A stretch of DNA of 64,000 nucleotides. It comes from an uncultured Acidobacteriota bacterium. Lineage in GTDB: Bacteria > Acidobacteriota > UBA6911. Below, one piece after another: positions 62,061-64,000 of this stretch; position 1 is the stretch's first letter; each line of letters opens with the position of its first letter. Made by a program: the position numbers and the translations under genes. The stretch covers positions 61,471-125,470 of the forward strand of contig CAWHCF010000037.1 in the NCBI GenBank assembly GCA_963827655.1, in the 5' to 3' direction. The notes beneath the pieces are model-generated. The model made no database searches. It saw only the letters and a list, made by a program, of their open reading frames with translations, and was not told where the DNA came from.

Positions 62061-62094
62061 TTTCTTCGTGTCTTTGAGTCTTAGTGGTATTTGT
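62061..62094. repeat. Family C single arm, in frame with the downstream gene
   Basis: Identical to 23912-23945. Confidence 0.85.
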
Positions 62095-62100
62095 AATCTG

Positions 62101-63312
62101 ATGCTCTTCGCGGTTCTCGCGCTCGCGGTCGGGGCACAAAGCAGCGTCACCGACTGGCCGCAGTTCCTTGGTCCCGAGCGGAATGGCATCTACCGCGGGC
62201 CCGCACTGGCTGAGACCTGGCCCGCGAGCGGGCCGCGGGTAGTCTGGAAGAAGCAGGTCGGGCCGGGATTCAGCGGACCCGTCGTGGCCCAAGGCCGAGT
62301 CATCCTGTTCCACCGTGTTTCCGATCGCGAGGTCGTCGAGGCGCTCGACGCGCGCACTGGAACCGCTCAGTGGCAATACGGGTATCCAACGTCCTATCGC
62401 GATGATTTCGGCTTCGACGAAGGTCCACGAGCCGTACCGGTCGTAGAGAACGGAGTGGTGTACACCTTCGGAGCGGAGGGACAACTGCATGCAATCTCTC
62501 TCGCGACGGGCACGCGAATCTGGAGCGAAGACACGATGCGGCGTTTTGGCGTTGCCAAAGGATTCTTTGGCGCCGCAGGTTCGCCGCTGGTCGAGGACGG
62601 AAGAGTCATAGCCAACATCGGCGGGCGCGGCGCCGGCATCGTGGCCTTTGATGCCAAGACCGGCAAGGTTTTGTGGTCGGCGACCGACGACGAAGCGAGC
62701 TACTCGTCGGGGGTGGGCGCAACCATCGGCAAACGGCGATCCTCGGTTTTCCTGACCCGCACGGGTCTCGTCGGAGTCGATCCTGCAACCGGCCAAGTGC
62801 AGTTTCAGCGGCGATGGAGGTCCCGCCAGTCGGCGTCGGTCAATGCGGCGACGCCGATCGTCATCGGCGATCTGATCTTCATATCAGCCGAATACGGTCC
62901 TGGCGCGGCGGTTCTCCGCGTCGACGGCTCTACCCTCACCGATCTTTGGTCATCCGACGAAGCGCTCTCGAATCATTACTCGACGAGTGTCCACCGCGAC
63001 GGCTATCTGTTCGGCTTTCATGGTCGTCAGGAATTCGGCCCGAGCTTCCGCGCCGTCGAGCTGCGCACGGGGAAGGTCCGCTGGAGCGAGGATCGGTTCA
63101 AGGCAGGGAGCGTGACGCTGGCGGGCGAGCGCTTGTTGATCCTGCGCGAGACGGGCGAGTTGATTCTGGCGCCGGCGTCGCCCGACGCGTTCCGGCCTCT
63201 CGCGCGCGCACAGGTTCTTCCCGCGACCGTGCGTGCGTTCCCGGCCCTGGCTGACGGCCGGCTTTACCTGCGCAACGAAAAAACGCTGGTCTGCCTGGAC
63301 CTGAGTCGCTGA
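62101..63312 (+). CDS. PQQ-binding-like (BamB-type) beta-propeller protein
   Basis: DWPQFLGP.RNG; repeated A.DA.TG...W; C-terminal PALADGRLYLRN...L.CLDL; alternative start at 62056. Confidence 0.9.
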   Translation: MLFAVLALAVGAQSSVTDWPQFLGPERNGIYRGPALAETWPASGPRVVWKKQVGPGFSGPVVAQGRVILFHRVSDREVVEALDARTGTAQWQYGYPTSYRDDFGFDEGPRAVPVVENGVVYTFGAEGQLHAISLATGTRIWSEDTMRRFGVAKGFFGAAGSPLVEDGRVIANIGGRGAGIVAFDAKTGKVLWSATDDEASYSSGVGATIGKRRSSVFLTRTGLVGVDPATGQVQFQRRWRSRQSASVNAATPIVIGDLIFISAEYGPGAAVLRVDGSTLTDLWSSDEALSNHYSTSVHRDGYLFGFHGRQEFGPSFRAVELRTGKVRWSEDRFKAGSVTLAGERLLILRETGELILAPASPDAFRPLARAQVLPATVRAFPALADGRLYLRNEKTLVCLDLSR

Positions 63313-63316
63313 CATC

Positions 63317-63955
63317 ATGCCGATCTTCATTCGGAGTGTTCTGAGCCCGTGCGCCATCGTCATACTCGCCGTTACCGTCTGGGCGCAGTCTGGGGATCGT
63401 CCCCAGCAGGTCTTCGATCGCGCGATCGCGGATTTTCAACGAGGCCGTGTGGCCGAGTCGGTGGCCGGCTTCGACAAGCTGGTGAAGCTCGTCCCGGACA
63501 TTGAGCCCCAACTCTGGCAACGCGGGATCGCGCTCTACTACGTCGGCCGCTACCGGGACTGCCGCGCTCAGTTCGAATCCCACCGCACGGTGAATCCGAA
63601 CGACGTCGAGAACGCCGCCTGGCATTTTCTCTGCGTTGCCCGCGCCGAATCGCCCGAGAAGGCCCGGAGTGCCTTGCTCCCGGTGGGCCCCGACTCTCGT
63701 GTACCGATGTCGCAGATTTACGAGATGTTCCGCGGCAAATTGAGCCCCGAAAAGGTTCTTGGGTCCGCGGGTGTTCAACTCGATGCCCGGTTCTACGCCC
63801 ATCTCTATCTCGGCCTCTACTTCGAAGCCCTTGGAAGCGAGCGTCCCGCCCTCGAGCACATCACGGCCGCCGCGGACGATCGATTCACGGCGGCAGGAGG
63901 CTTCATGCACACCGTCGCCAGAGTCCACCTGACCCTGCTTCGGCGCCGGAAGTAG
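63317..63955 (+). CDS. TPR protein (NlpI-like)
   Basis: LWQRGIALYY; QFE.H..VNPNDVENA.W; D.RVPM; FYAHLYLGLY. Confidence 0.8.
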   Translation: MPIFIRSVLSPCAIVILAVTVWAQSGDRPQQVFDRAIADFQRGRVAESVAGFDKLVKLVPDIEPQLWQRGIALYYVGRYRDCRAQFESHRTVNPNDVENAAWHFLCVARAESPEKARSALLPVGPDSRVPMSQIYEMFRGKLSPEKVLGSAGVQLDARFYAHLYLGLYFEALGSERPALEHITAAADDRFTAAGGFMHTVARVHLTLLRRRK

Positions 63956-64000
63956 ATCCACGTGTTGAGTACGCGGTTTCTGACGCGGATTGCGGCAGCA

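Noticed and set aside
8249-62094. Family C as a CRISPR array or as integron attC sites
   Set aside because: Copies are dispersed and variable, with no repeat-spacer periodicity or cas genes. GTTAG precedes CTAAC, the reverse of the attC RYYYAAC...GTTRRRY order, and no integrase is present.

Overview
GC-rich bacterial DNA. The gene content points to an Acidobacteriota genome (inference): five Oar-type TonB-dependent receptors, a DUF1592/DUF1552/ankyrin module and many secreted proteins. It holds about 41 protein genes and no rRNA, tRNA, CRISPR array or autonomous transposase. Recognisable genes are msrPQ, two MazEF-type toxin-antitoxin pairs, a Ser/Thr kinase-ATPase-TPR protein, a PAS/GAF sigma-54 activator, a di-haem cytochrome c, a CPA2 antiporter and several putative carbohydrate-uptake loci. 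About ten genes carry 1-nt frameshifts, most simply explained by long-read indel errors. The most unusual signal is intergenic. (i) An 8-nt-periodic repeat family (GTCTTCGT/ACGAAGAC) occurs at 17 or more gene boundaries, often as inverted doublets with a conserved spacer, and supplies stop codons to three genes. (ii) Hairpin MITE/REPIN-like elements (A, B and an outer element X) nest inside one another in different orders at three loci, with TTA duplications. (iii) Orphan 3' gene scraps lie beside these sites, including an FGE-sulfatase/CLec-like end of the kind diversified by DGRs. (iv) A clear sigma-54 promoter with a tandem palindromic enhancer links the activator to a TPR / RoxA-like cytochrome / hydrolase cluster. 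All family assignments come from motif recognition by eye, not from database searches.
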